A stretch of DNA of 64,000 nt, taken from the NCBI GenBank assembly GCA_030390025.1, contig CM059432.1:72852001-72916000 (forward strand), read 5' to 3'. The stretch is from Squalus acanthias (taxonomy: Eukaryota). Positions 25,705 through 38,200 of the stretch are shown piece after piece (the first letter of the stretch is position 1; the number at the start of each line of letters is the position of its first letter). The position numbers and the translations under genes are program-made. The notes beneath the pieces were generated by a model, which did no database searches, was not told where the DNA came from, and saw only the letters and a list, made by a program, of their open reading frames with translations.

Positions 25705-26527
25705 AGAGACACAGACCAATATACAGCTCTACAAGAACCAGCAGAAATACAGACCTAGAGACATTCCCACAGAAACCAGTAGAGACTGAGCATCCTACAG
25801 AAACTAGCACAGATATGAACTGAGAGAGGCACTTTCATAGGAACCAGAAGAGACTAAAACTGCAACACACCTCTACAAGAACTAGCAGAGACAGACCATC
25901 CCGTAGGAAGCAGCAGAGATACGGACCCAGAAATACACCCACTAGAATAAAGGGAGACAGTTGAAAGACACTTCAACAGGAACAGCAGAGACAGACTGAA
26001 AGATAGCCTCACAGGAACCAGCAGAGATACAGACCAAAAAACACTCCTATAGGAACTAGCAGCTAGCCTGTCCCACGTGAACTAGGTGCAATCCAGAGAG
26101 ATACACCCACTCGCAGCAAAGACACAAACTAACGGTTTATAGTACATTTTCACAGCAAGAAGACTATCTGCTGTTCGGTCAGGTTTCAGAATACATGGTA
26201 TTTTTATATCAATTCTATCTCTAACCAAAGATAAATATTCAACTTTATACATATTACATACCATTTCACAGCGCTCAGCAACAACCCAAAAAACATTCTT
26301 ACAGGAACCAGCAGAAACACAGACCACCCCACCAGAACCAGCAGTGAACCAGAGAGACGTTTCCACAGGAACCAACAGCAAACCATAGATACAAGAATCA
26401 GCAGAGAGATGGACCACCCCACAGGAGCCAGCAGACACTGTCCCATAGGAACCAACAGTAAACCACAGAGATACTTGTACAGGAATCGGCAGCAAATTAC
26501 AGACATACTCCTACAAGAACTAGAAGT

Positions 26528-26790
26528 CATAGAACCATCAAAGTTTACAACACAGAAGGAGGCCATTCATCCCATTGTGTTTGTGCTGGCTCTTTGCTAA
26601 AGCAGTCCAAAACTAATCTCACTGCTCAGCTCGCTCCCCATAATCCTGCATCTTCCTCTACTTCAAATATTTATCCAATTTTCCCTTAAAAGATGGAACA
26701 GTCCCTGCCTCAAGTAATCCATGTGGCAAAGCATTTCATGCTCTAACAACCCTCTGCATAAAAACATTTCTCCTAACTTCTCACCTTACT
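26528..26790 (-). mobile_element. Decayed CR1 3' end, followed by a LINE A RT fragment (~26830-26925)
   Basis: catagaa...cacagaaggaggccattc tail. atcctttttt gtgtggataggacatacctgg matches LINE A 19590-19680. Confidence 0.65.
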
Positions 26791-27389
26791 CTCTGCCACA
26801 TTTCAAGATTGCATTCGTGTGGATCTTTCAGGCCATCCTTTTTTGTGTGGATAGGACATACCTGGACAATCTTCCATATTGTTGGGTAGATGCCAGTGTT
26901 ATAGTTATACTGGAACAGCTTAGCTAGAATGTCGTAAAAAAATAACTAACGGAGGACTTGAAAGAATTATTAGAGTTATAGTAGACTTGGCACTAAAATA
27001 TCAAATCACCGTGGAGTTGCAATAAACAAAACAAACAATACTAAGCTGTATTTCTAAATAAGTGTGAATATGTGTTACAAATTTCAGGTATGCAATAGAT
27101 ATTCCCTGAGGTTCAGCATCACCAGTCACACCCATAAGTGGACCTTGCGTCCCCTACAACCTGGAAATTACCATTATCACCTAGTATCTAGTTACACAAT
27201 AGTGTGACATTACAGTTGTAACAATAAGACATTTCATTGTATGTACTGTGCCTGCCCTCTGTGCATTTCTCCTATCTCTGGAAGAGGAACTGATACGTAG
27301 TCTAGTGAGACAAGGTCAATGGTAAACAAAGAGGTAGTTTATTTTATATGAAATACATGACTGAATAGAATACAATTTTCAGTTAAATT

Positions 27390-27744
27390 CAAACGCAGCA
27401 GCCAATTTGTGCACAGCAAAGCCCCAAATCAACAGTGAGATAAACGACCAGATAATCTGTTTTAATGATGTTGGTTGAGGGATATATGTTAGCCAGGACA
27501 CCAGGAGAACTCCCCTGCTCTTCTTCAAATAATGCCATGGAATCTCTTACATCCACCTGAGAGAGGAGACGGGGCTTCATTTTAACATCTCATCCAAAAG
27601 ACAGCACCCTGACAGTGAAGCATTCCCTCAGTACTGCACTGAAGTGTCAGCCTGGATTATGTGCTCAAGTCTTGAGAGTGGAGCTTGAACCCATGACCTT
27701 CTGACTCAAAGGTGAGAGTGCTATCACTGAGCCAAGGCTGACAC
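27390..27744 (-). mobile_element. Deu-domain SINE (SacSINE1-like), tail truncated
   Basis: Homologous to 15590-15939. Confidence 0.85.
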
Positions 27745-28123
27745 CTTAGTTAGAACATAAGACATAGGAGCAGGAGTAGGTCATTTGGCCCCTCGAGCCT
27801 GCTCTGCCACTCAATAAGATCATGGCTGATCTGATCTTGGCCTCAACTCCACTTCCCTGCCCGCTCCCCATAACCCTTGACTCCCTTACCATTCAAAAAT
27901 CTGTCTATCTCCACATTAAATATATTCAATGACCCAGCCTCCACAGCTCTCTGGGGAAGAGAATTCCCAAGATTTACGACCCTCTGAGAGAAGAAATTCC
28001 TCCTCATTTCCATTTTAAATGGGTGCCCCCTTATTCTGAAATTATGCCCCCTAGTTCTAGATTCCCCCACGAGGGGAAACATCCTCTCTGCATCTACCCT
28101 GTCAAGCGCCTTCAGAATCTTAT

Positions 28124-29016
28124 TGGGGCAAAATTCAGTATCGCCCCATTTGGGGCACAATTATCGGCCGGGCGCAAAGATTAGCGCCTGGCGCTAATTA
28201 TCGCCTCCGACTGCAAACTTGGCTCTTATCGCCCCTGGAGGTGATTGGAGCGCTAAATCAGGTGCTTCACACCTGTCTTAAGGCGCAAAATCCGAGGAGC
28301 GAGGCGCTACCTCAGAGCACTGGCGAAGCTCATGTGATGTCAGTCAGCAATAGAACAGAGACACAATGGCGCCGGCCAGTTCTTAAAGGGAAGGGTTGAT
28401 CTTGCTCTCCATCCACATCCTGCTTATTGCAGCCTTGAATCTCGGCCTGGAGAGACCTGTACATCAAATCTGCTGGAAAGAACAATGGAGAGAACCAGGG
28501 AAAGAGCTCAGAGTGCAGCCCCCACAGTCTCTTCTAAATAGATGCAAGGAAGGGCAAATCAAAATGAACCTGCAAAGTGCAGCTCAGTACCCAAAACTCC
28601 TTCACACAGCGTTGAATCTCTCCAGAAGTCTCTCTCTCTCTCTCTCAGAATGCGTGGTGCAAAAATGTCACCAACAAAAAAAGGCAGGAAGCGTTCGCCT
28701 TTAAATAGCACTCCCCCAGTCCCTTCCTGACTGCAAAACGCTCCCCTCAACCTGTCGTTGCTAGCGGCAGGCGGTAAGGCAGGGGGCGCCACTCAATATC
28801 CGCTCCGGGGCGCTACCGGGGCGTTGCGCACTCCACTGACGTCACGATCTGCCGCCGCAGGAGATCGTGGCGGTAGTGTTTAGCGCCGCCGCAAAATATC
28901 TAGTTAATTTCGCGAGCGGCACAAACATCGCCGCGCCCGGGCGCTAGATGCTTTGCGCCCCATTAGCGCCCTCTTAAGGTGCTAACGGGAGGCGCAACCA
29001 ACTGAATTTTTCCCCC
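28124..29016. mobile_element. Non-autonomous Harbinger-type element (~0.89 kb), TSD TAT
   Basis: TIR (G)GGGG(C/A)AAAATTCAGT. TAT at 28121-28123 and 29017-29019. The CR1 sequence resumes exactly across it. Confidence 0.92.
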
Positions 29017-31955
29017 TATATGTTTCAATAAGATCCCCTCTCATTCTTCTAAACTCCAATGAGTATAGGCCCAACCTGCTCAACCTTTCTTCATAAGACA
29101 ACCCTTTCACCTCCGGAATCAACCTTGTGAACCTTCTCTGAACTGCCTCCAATGCAAGTATATCCTTCCCTAAATAAGGAGACCAAAACTGCACGCAGTA
29201 CTCCAGGTGTGGTCTCACCAACACCCTGTACAGTTGTAACAGGACTTCCCTACTTTTATACTCCATTCCCTTTGCAATAAAGGCCAACACTCCATTTGCC
29301 TTCCTAATTAATTGCTGCACCTGCATGCTAACTTTTTGTGATTCATGTACAAGGACCCCCAGATCCCTCTGTACCTCAGCATTTTGTAATCTCTCCCCAT
29401 TTAAATAATAATTTGCTTTTTTATTTTTCCGACCAAAGTGGATAACCTCGCATTTTCCCACATTAAACTCCATCTGCCAGATTTTTGCCCACTCACTTAG
29501 CCTATCTATATCTCTTTGGAGATTCTTTGCGTCCTCCACACAATTTGTTTTCCCACCTATCTTTGTATCATCAGCAAATTTGGCTACATTACACTCGGTC
29601 CCTTCATCCAAGTCATTAATATAGATTGTAAATAGTTGAGGCCCCAGCACTGATCCCTACGGCACCCCACTAGTTACAGTTTGCCAACCTGAAAATGACC
29701 CATTTATCCCGACTCTCTGCTTTCTGTTAGTTAGCCAATCCTCTATCCATGCTAATATATTACCCCCAACCCCGTGAGCTCTTATCTTGTGTATTAACCT
29801 TTTATGTGGCACCTTATTGAATGCCCCTTTATCCACCCTGCTCGTTACATCCTCAAAGAGCTCCAGCAAATTTGTCAAACATGGTTTCCCTTTCATAAAA
29901 CCATGCTGACTCTGCTTGACTATATTATGATTTTCTAAATGTCCTGCTACCACTTCCTTAATGATGGACTCCAGCATTTTCCCAATGACAGATGTTAGGC
30001 TAACTGGTCGATAGTTGCCTGGTTTCTGTCTCCTTCCTTTCTTAAATAGGGGCGTTACATTTGTGGTTTTCCAGTCCGCTGGGACCTCTCCAGAATCTAG
30101 GGAATTTTGGTAGATTACAACCAATGCATCCACTATCTCGGCAGCCACCTCTTTTAAGACTCTAGGATGCAGGCCATCGGGTCCAGGGGACTTGTCTACC
30201 TTTAGTCCCATTAGTTTGCCTAGTACTTTCTCTCTAGTGATAGTGATTGCTTTAAGTTTTCCCCCCCCCCCACCACCCCAATTGCCCCTTGATTATCCAT
30301 TATTGGGATGCTTTTAGTGTCTTCTACCGTGAAGACAGATACAAAATATTTGTTCAAAGTCTCCGCCATTTCCGTTTCCCATTATTAATTCCCCAGACTC
30401 TTCCTCTAGGGGATCAATGTTTACTTTAGCTACTCTCTTTCTTTTTATATACCTGTAGAAGCTCTTACTGTCTGTTTTTATATTTCTTGCTAGCTTACTC
30501 TCATAAGCTATCTTCTCTGTATCATTTTTTTAGTCGTCCTTTGCTGGTTTAAAAAAAATTCCCAATCCTCTGGCCTTCCACTATTCTTCACAACATTGTA
30601 TGCTTTTGTTTTCAATTTGATACCATCCTTTACTTCCTTAGTTAGCCACGGATGGTTCATCCTTCTCTTAGAGTTTTTTTTTTCTCTGGAATATATCTTT
30701 GCTGAGAGTTATGAAATATCTCCTTAAATGTTTGCCACTGCTTTTCTACAGTCTTACCTTGTAATATATTTTCCCAGTCCACTTTAACCAAGTCTGCCTT
30801 CATACCTTTGTAATTACCTTTATTTAAATTCAGGACACTAGTTTGAGACCTAGCTTTCTCACCCTCAAACTGAATTTGAAATTCTACCATGCTATGATCA
30901 CTCTTCCCAAGAGGATCCTTCACTTCGAGATCATTAATTAATCCAGCCTCATTACACATTACCAGATCTAAAATAGTCTTCTCCCTGGTTGGTCCCACAA
31001 CGTATTGTTCCAAGAAACCATCCCTTATACATCTAAGAACTCTTCCTCAAGTCTACCTTTGCCAATTTGCTTTGCCCAATCAATATGAAGATTAAAATCT
31101 CCCATGATTATAGCCGTACCTTTCTTACAAGCCTCTATTATTTCTTGATTTATACTCTGTCCTACAGTGTGGTTACTGTTTGGGGGCCTGTAGACCACTC
31201 CCACCAGTAACTTCTTACCCTTATTATTTCTTATCTCCACCCAAACTGATTCTATGTCTTGATCTTCTAAGCCAATATCATTTCTCATTACTGCGCTGAT
31301 CTCATCCCTTATTAACAGAGCTACACCACCTCCTTTTCCTTTCTGCCTATCCTTACGAAATGGCAAATACCCCTCAATATTCAGTTCCCAGCCTTGGTCA
31401 CCTTGCAACCACGTCTCTGTAATGGTTATCAGATCATACCCATTTATTTCTATTTGTGCTGTCAACTCATCTATCTTGTTACGAATGCTGCGTGCGTTCA
31501 GATATAGAGCTTTTAATTTTTGTCATTTTACCATTTTACCCTACTCTGACCCCTCTTTCTGATGCACTCTTATGTGTATACGCTCTGTCCCTTCCTGTCA
31601 CACTCTGGTTATCATTACCCCTATCGCTACCCTGCACTTTTGCCTTCTCATTTTTCTTTGACATTTTTAATTTCCGCTCAGCGTATCCCTCCCCCCCCCC
31701 CCCCCCCACTATTTAGTTTAAAGCTCTATCTACAGCCCTAGTTATTTGATGCGCCAGGACACTGGTCCCAGCCTGGTTCAAATGAAGCCTGTCCCGATGA
31801 AACAGCTCCCTCTTATCCCAGTACTGGTGCCAGTGCCCCAAGAATCGAAACCCATTTCTCCCACACCAATCTTTGAGCCAATCGTTCATCTCTCTGATCT
31901 TATTGACCCTATGCCAATTTGCACGTGGCTCAGGCAGTAATCCAGAGATTATTAC

Positions 31956-33455
31956 TGACGTAAGAAAACTACTAGGCACTTGGTCTAAGCGTTAAACAAA
32001 GCTTTAATTGTAAGGTTTCCAAAATTTACAGATCCCCAAAACCTAAGGAAAAAGGACTTTGGAACTACCTCAGAGTGATAAAAATGCATTTGGGCCTAAC
32101 ATTAGGAATTTAAGACCAAAAACCAAGTTTTGGCATTTTAAAAACATGTCTGGGCCTGTAAAGGGAGAAAAGGCTGTGAAGGAAGTTGGGCTCAACCTCT
32201 GTAAAAGCAGTTTTGGTTATTGCAGTTAATTGCAATGTCTGGGGAACCGGGATGACCTCACTCAAAGCCCCAGCAAGCATTAACATTTTGACAATAGACC
32301 CTAGGAGAAGACAGTCCCACCCAAAACAACAGGTCCCATCAAACCGATTACAGGGCCCATCAGAAGACATGCATAAAACAAATATTCTATAGAAGTCCTA
32401 GGCCCAGTCAAGAAACCCAAAAACATGAGGACAATTCAAACTCCGATTAAACAACAGATCGACAGGATGGAGCTATCCTGAAACCACTTCACACATTTAC
32501 AAAACCAGTTAACACGCTAGTAAAGTCATTACTGTTAACGAGGCCTCAAATCAAGAGTTCTCCAGTAAAACAGTTCAAGTTCAACAGAAGGCAGTTCTGC
32601 AGTTTGGAGTTCAATTGAAAGCCTGTTTTCAGCAGAAGTCAGTGCTGGAGTTACAGAGTTCAGGAGAAGCAAGTTGGGCAGTTAAAGAAGACAGTTCAGT
32701 AAGAAGGGAGTTCTCCAGTTCTCCAGCACAACAGTTACAGTTCTGCAAGAAGGCAGTTCCACAGCTCGGAAGAAGACAGTTTAAACAGAGGCAGAGTTCA
32801 ACAGAAAGAAGTTCAACAAAGAAAGCCAACAGCTCCAGAAGTAGGCCGACATGCAAGAAGAGACCAGAGCGACCGCCTCAGTGACCATCGGACACCTCGC
32901 GGCAACAAGGGCCTAACGAAACTTTTTACTCAAAAGACTCTAAACCCTAACTCTCGACTGTCAAGGATTCGTTTGGTGAGCATTATCCCTGGTTCTCTGG
33001 AGTCCAACCTAGTTAGTGAAGTGGGATTGGGAGAGGTGAAGTATTCTCTAAATGTTATTTCCCTCGCTTGTACCGAAGTGTTCCCCACTTTTAGAGTGTT
33101 AAGACTGTTTGTGTTGTGTTTTTACTTTCTTGAATAAAGATCAAAGTTCTTGCATCAAACTCAGTTATCTGCTGCACCTTTCATCACAACCCCCAAATAA
33201 GTCCAAGGTCTAGAACCAAGGGAGTGGGAGCGATTCGAACAGCTCAGAAGTCAGAGGCGAAGCTGACACAAAACACCACCCCCTACAAATCAACTGTTTT
33301 TCAACATGGAGATCTAGTTGTGTCCTTCACTAGTTCCTGTTGAGGAATTTCCTAAGCAAGCTGGGCCCATGCCCGAGTATTTACACTCTCCCTGGACAGC
33401 GCCACCAGCAGGCCGCCCAGTATTACTTCATACATGAATGACAAGATTCATGTCA
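31956..33455 (+). mobile_element. Solo LTR (1.5 kb; TGAC...GTCA; 5-bp TSD ATTAC) inserted in CR1 ORF1
   Basis: ATTAC at 31951-31955 and 33456-33460, TG..CA ends, AATAAA at ~33133, internal short cagttc/agaag repeats at 32570-32830. Confidence 0.82.
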
Positions 33456-34329
33456 ATTACCTTTGTGGTTCTGCTTTTTAATTTAGCCCCTAGCTGCTCA
33501 TACTCCCTCAGCAGAACCTCATTCTTAGTCTGAACCTATGTCATTGGTGCCTACATGGACCATGACAACTGGATCCTCCCCTTCCACTCCAAGTTCCTCT
33601 CCAGCCCGGAGGAGATGTCCTTTACCACAACACAGCCTTCGGGACTCACGCTCTTGGCTGCAGAGAACAGTGTCTATCCCCCTAACTATGCTGTCCCCTA
33701 CCACTAGCACATTTCTTTTTGCTCCCCCCACTTGAATGGCTCCCTGTACCATGGTGCTGTGGTCAGTTTGCTCATCCTCACTGCAGTCCCTGCTCTCGCC
33801 CACACAGAGAGTAAGAACCTCATAACTGTTGGACAAGAGCAAGTGCTGAGGCCCCTCCACCACTACCCCCTGGTTCTCCATACCTGCCTCACTCGTAGTC
33901 ACACCCACCTGTTCCTGACCACAGACCAAATTTGAATTAATTAATCTAAGGGGTGTGACCGCCTCCTGGAACACAGCGTCCAGGTAACTCTCCCCCTCCC
34001 TGATTTGTCGCAGTGTTTGAAGCTCGGACTCCAGCTCATCAACACGGAGCCGAAGTTCCTCGAGCAACCAACACTTACTGGAAATGTAGTTGCCATGGAC
34101 CTTATTGGTGTCCACCAGCTCCCACATGTTGCAGCAGTAACACACCGCCTGCCCTGCCATCTGTAATGTATTTAATTAATTAAGTGTTTAAGTTTTGAAC
34201 GTTTAGTTTTTAATCCCGGCTGTTAATTTAAACCAATGCCCAAGAAAAAGAGGGGAATACTGACCATTCAATCGCTTCCCTGCTTTCCTGTGACGTCACT
34301 CCTTGTTTTTTGTTGTTCTTTAAATCGCT

Positions 34330-34562
34330 TGTTCCCTCACAGGTCGGTCCGCTCCCGCTGCTGCTCCCAATAGCTCGGTCTGGGCCTTGAGCCTCGGGCT
34401 TTATTTACTCGCTCCACTTTATCCTGTTCCCTCACAGGTCGGACCGCTCCCACTGCTGCTCCCAATAGCTCGGTCTGGGCCTCGAGCCTCAGGCTTTATT
34501 TACTCGCTCCGCTTTCGCCTGTTCCCTCACAGATCGGTCCGCTCCCGCTGCTGCTCCCAATG
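34330..34562. repeat. ~95-bp tandem repeat (about 2.4 units) in the CR1 5' region
   Basis: gttccctcacag(g/a)tcgg.ccgctccc.ctgctgctcccaat recurs at ~34331, 34425 and 34521. Confidence 0.9.
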
Positions 34563-34825
34563 AGCTTATTTGAATTACCTCAGATAATGCTGTCGCCTCC
34601 ATCTCAGACTGTATTGTAGCTACTCAGGTCCAATGTAGCCTGGTTCACAGATATCTCCAGTAGGACACTGTCTTCATTGTGTTAATCAAGGATTGGTTCT
34701 CATGTCAAACATGTGCCTCAAGCTCTCATTGCTAATAAGGACCTACTACATGCTACGACGTACTGTTATAAGGGCTAAAATATATAAACATTTATTTTCC
34801 AGTTCCATTACTGACATCTTCAGTC

Positions 34826-34971
34826 ATGTTTGTTTCAAGAAAGGATACAGGGAATAGGGCTGATATTTGTGATTCTGAAAAGAAGGCTCCTGTCGAGATG
34901 ATAGAAACCCAGAATGCACAGACAGTGGAACCAAGTACTACATCCACAAACATCCAAAAATCTAAATTGAA
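34826..34971 (+). CDS. Candidate coding exon of an unidentified plus-strand gene (MFVSRKDTGNRADICDSEKKAPVEMIETQNAQTVEPSTTSTNIQKSKL)
   Basis: Acceptor tttattttccag at 34802, gtcATG at 34826, 48 open codons, donor AA|gtaagc. Lies in a non-repeat island. Confidence 0.45.
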
Positions 34972-35289
34972 GTAAGCCCCAACATGAAATATTTAAATAT
35001 CTCTATCTTAGCCACCAGCAGAAAATCTGTATTACATATAAATTAGCAATCTTGTGCTGCCACGTGTTCAAAATTAAAACTAAAATCTAGGATATTTCAA
35101 AATTAAGAGATTTTATTCACCAGAACAAAATTTAACAGTAAAAAGTGACACAATTTTAGAAATGTGCTGCAACTGATAGTTTACTACAAATGTGAAGTCC
35201 CAAGTAATAGACTATTTTCAGTTGAGTACTTTGTAACCCGTAAATAACTTTGGTAACATTGCATGAGCTTAGCTGATGGGACAAATTTT

Positions 35290-38200
35290 AAATTCTATCA
35301 GAGTCCTAGCGGAAAGGATACATAGGGCTGTGGATAGGACTTTAAACTCGTCAGAAGTGGGGAGGGATCTGTCAGAAATAACAAAAGCCTGAAGATAAAA
35401 GAAATAGGAGATGAGAGGAAAGGTGAGATCAAGGTAAAGAATAAGGATGACATAAACAGTCAGGGAACAGATACAGTTACAGACAAAAGTATAAAATGAC
35501 GGTTAAAAATAAAGTGAGAGGAACGGTTAATATAAACAAATTAAATTGCACACAGCATCTGTAACAAAACAGGGGAACTGGAGGCAATAATTTGTAGTGA
35601 GGAGCCAGATGTAGTGGGGATAACAGAAACATGGCTACATAAAGAACAAGTCTGCAGGATATAACTTATTTAGAAAAGATAGGGAAGGAAGAAGGAGGGG
35701 ATAGGAGAGCTGTACTAATTAGAGATAACATAATGGCAGTTAAAAAAGGGACATAACTAAAATTAAGATAGAAATAGAATCCATATGGATTGAGATAAAG
35801 GATAAAAAGGGATCAATCATGCTAATAGGGATATTCTACAGATCACCTAATAGTGGAAGGAAGTGGAGGAAGAAATATGTAAGCAAATCTATGAAATGAG
35901 TAAAAGACATAGGGGGAAAAATTCAGTTGGTTGCGCCTCCCATTAGCGCCTTAAGAGGGCGCTAATGGGGCGCAAAGCATCTAGCGCCCAGGCGCGGCGA
36001 TGTTTGCGCCGCTCGTGAAATTAACTAGACATTTTGCGGCGGCGCTAAACACTACCGCCACGATCTCCTGCGCCGGCAGATCGTGACGTCAGTAGAGTGC
36101 GCAATGCCCCGGTATCGTCCCAGAGCAGATATTGAGTGGCGCCCCCTGCCTTACCGCCTGACGCTAGCAACGACAGGTTGAGGGGAGCGTTTTGCAGTCA
36201 TGAAGGGACTGGGGGAGTGCTATTTAAAGGCGACCGCTTCCTGCCTTTTATTGTTGGTGCCATTTTGAACCACGCATTCTGAGAGAGAGAGAGAGAGACT
36301 TCTGGAGAGATTCAACGCTGTGTGAAGGAGTTTTGGGTACTGAGCAGCACTTTGCAGGTTCATTTTGATTTGCCATTCCTTGTATCGATTTAGAAGAGAC
36401 TGTGGGGGCTGCACTCTAAGCTCTTTCCCTGGTACTCTCCATTGTTCTTTCCAGCAGATTTGATGTGCAGGTCTCTCCAGGCCGAGATTCAAGGCTGCAA
36501 TGAGCAGGATGTGGATGGAAAGCAAGATCAACCATCCCCTTTAAGAACTGGCCAGCGCCATTGTGTGTGTGTTCCATTGCTGACTGACATCACATGAGCT
36601 TCGCCAGCGCTCTGAGGTAGCGCCTCGCTCCTCGGCCTTTGCGCCTTAAGACAGGTGTGTAGTGCCTGATTTAGCGCTCCAATCACCTCCAGGGGCGATA
36701 AAAGTCAAGTTTGCAGTCGGTGGCGATAATTAGCGCCAGGCGCTAATCTTTGCGCCCGGCCGATAATTGCGCCCCAAATGGGGCGATACTGAATTTCTCC
36801 CCCATAGAATAATAATCATGAGAGACTTCAATTAACCCCAAATAAACTGAAAAGAAGAGGTAGGGAAAGGGGAAAAGGGAATGGAGTTTTTAAGAGTATG
36901 TAAGAAGCCCAACCAGAGAGGAATCACTGCTGTATCTAGTAATGGAAAATGAACAAGAGCAGATAAGATAAGGGAAGTAAATGCAGGGGAACATCTAGCT
37001 AATAGTGGTCATAGCATAATAAGGTTTAAAATAATGACTGAGAAAGACATAAGTAAGACAAAGACCAAAGTAATAGATTGGAGAAAAAAAGGCTAATTTT
37101 GATGGAATGAGATTGGAACTAGGGAAGGTAAACTGAGGAAAAAATCTGACAGACGAAGAGATAGAACAGCAGTGGAAAATATTTTAAAAGGTGATCAATA
37201 GAGTTCAGGAGAAATATATTCTGCTAAAAAACAAGAACAAACTAGTGAAACATCATGGATGAATAAAGAGATAAGGGTAAAATTGAAACTAAAGAAAAAG
37301 ACATACACTAAGTATATAAAGAATAAAGGAGAGGATAACAAAAGGGAGTGTGAAGAGGTTAGGAAATAAGTTAAAAAAAACAATAAGGAAAGCAAAGAGC
37401 AACTACAAAGTTAAATTATCAAGAAATATAAAAATAAATAGTAAAGTATTCTACAGACACATAAATAACAAAAGAGAAATCAGGACAGGGACAGGGCCAC
37501 GATGGAATGTAGAAGATAAACTCACAGGTAGTGACAGCGAAATGGCAGAAATATTGAATAGTTACTTTGCCTCAGTATTTACCAGGGAGACTAACAACGT
37601 GGACAAAACATTAGAAGAAGAGATTATAAAAGATATAAAGACATTTAAGATAGAAAGGGGGGAGATAATTGATAAACTTATCAAACTTAGGGAGGATAAA
37701 ACCCCTGGTCCGGATGGAACGCATCCCGCATATTAATAGAAGTTAGGGAGCAGATAGCAGAGGCACTATTATATTTATATAAAAATTCATTCGAAAAGGG
37801 AATAATGCTAGAGGGACAGCTAATGTTATTCGTATATTTAAAATGGGAGATAGAACAAATCCAGGGAATTATAGACCAATTAGCTTAATGTCAGTGTTAG
37901 GAAAGATAATGGAATCTGTACTCAAAGATGTAATAAAAAAACAACTAGAAACCAAAAATATAATAAAGAATAGTCAGCGCGGATTTCAAAGGGTAAGGTC
38001 ATGCTTGACCAACCTTATTGAATTCTTCGAAGAAGTAACAGAAAGAGTAGATAAAGGTAATGCAGTATATGTAATATATTTGGATTTTCAAAAGGCTTTT
38101 GATAAGGTACTGCATAGTAGACTCATGACTAAGGTCAGAGCATGTAGAGTCAGGGGGAAAGTAGCAGAATGGATAGCAAGCTGGCTATAAAACAGAGAGT

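Larger units (their letters stand above)
23560..26520. repeat. Degenerate 37-bp-family array, interrupted by a solo LTR (23897-25704) and a unique segment (~26065-26285)
   Basis: Recurring aggaaccagcagagacacagac / cactcccaca cores on both sides of the LTR. Confidence 0.8.
27752..34562 (-). mobile_element. Near full-length CR1 LINE (5'UTR repeats, ORF1 esterase, ORF2 APE-RT), interrupted by a MITE and a solo LTR
   Basis: ORF1 has CxxC and coiled-coil, GDSIVRG, HVGTND and DRLHL (SGNH/GDSL esterase) at 33525-34160 and 31713-31955. APE has ITETWL, GGGVAL, YRPP and GDFN at 31025-31465. RT at 28982-30211. 3' tail at 27752. Confidence 0.93.

Noticed and set aside
28396..28704. Conserved ~102-aa ORF repeated at 36220-36531
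   Set aside because: Similarity only reflects two recent copies of one MITE. There is no ATG start and no recognisable domain.
31713..34160. Host SGNH esterase gene
   Set aside because: It is CR1 ORF1, directly upstream of APE-RT on the same strand.
28124..36803. 8.7-kb composite transposon bounded by the inverted MITEs
   Set aside because: Each MITE has its own TSD and interrupts a different CR1 that resumes on its other side. The outer flanks differ (TAT vs ATA).
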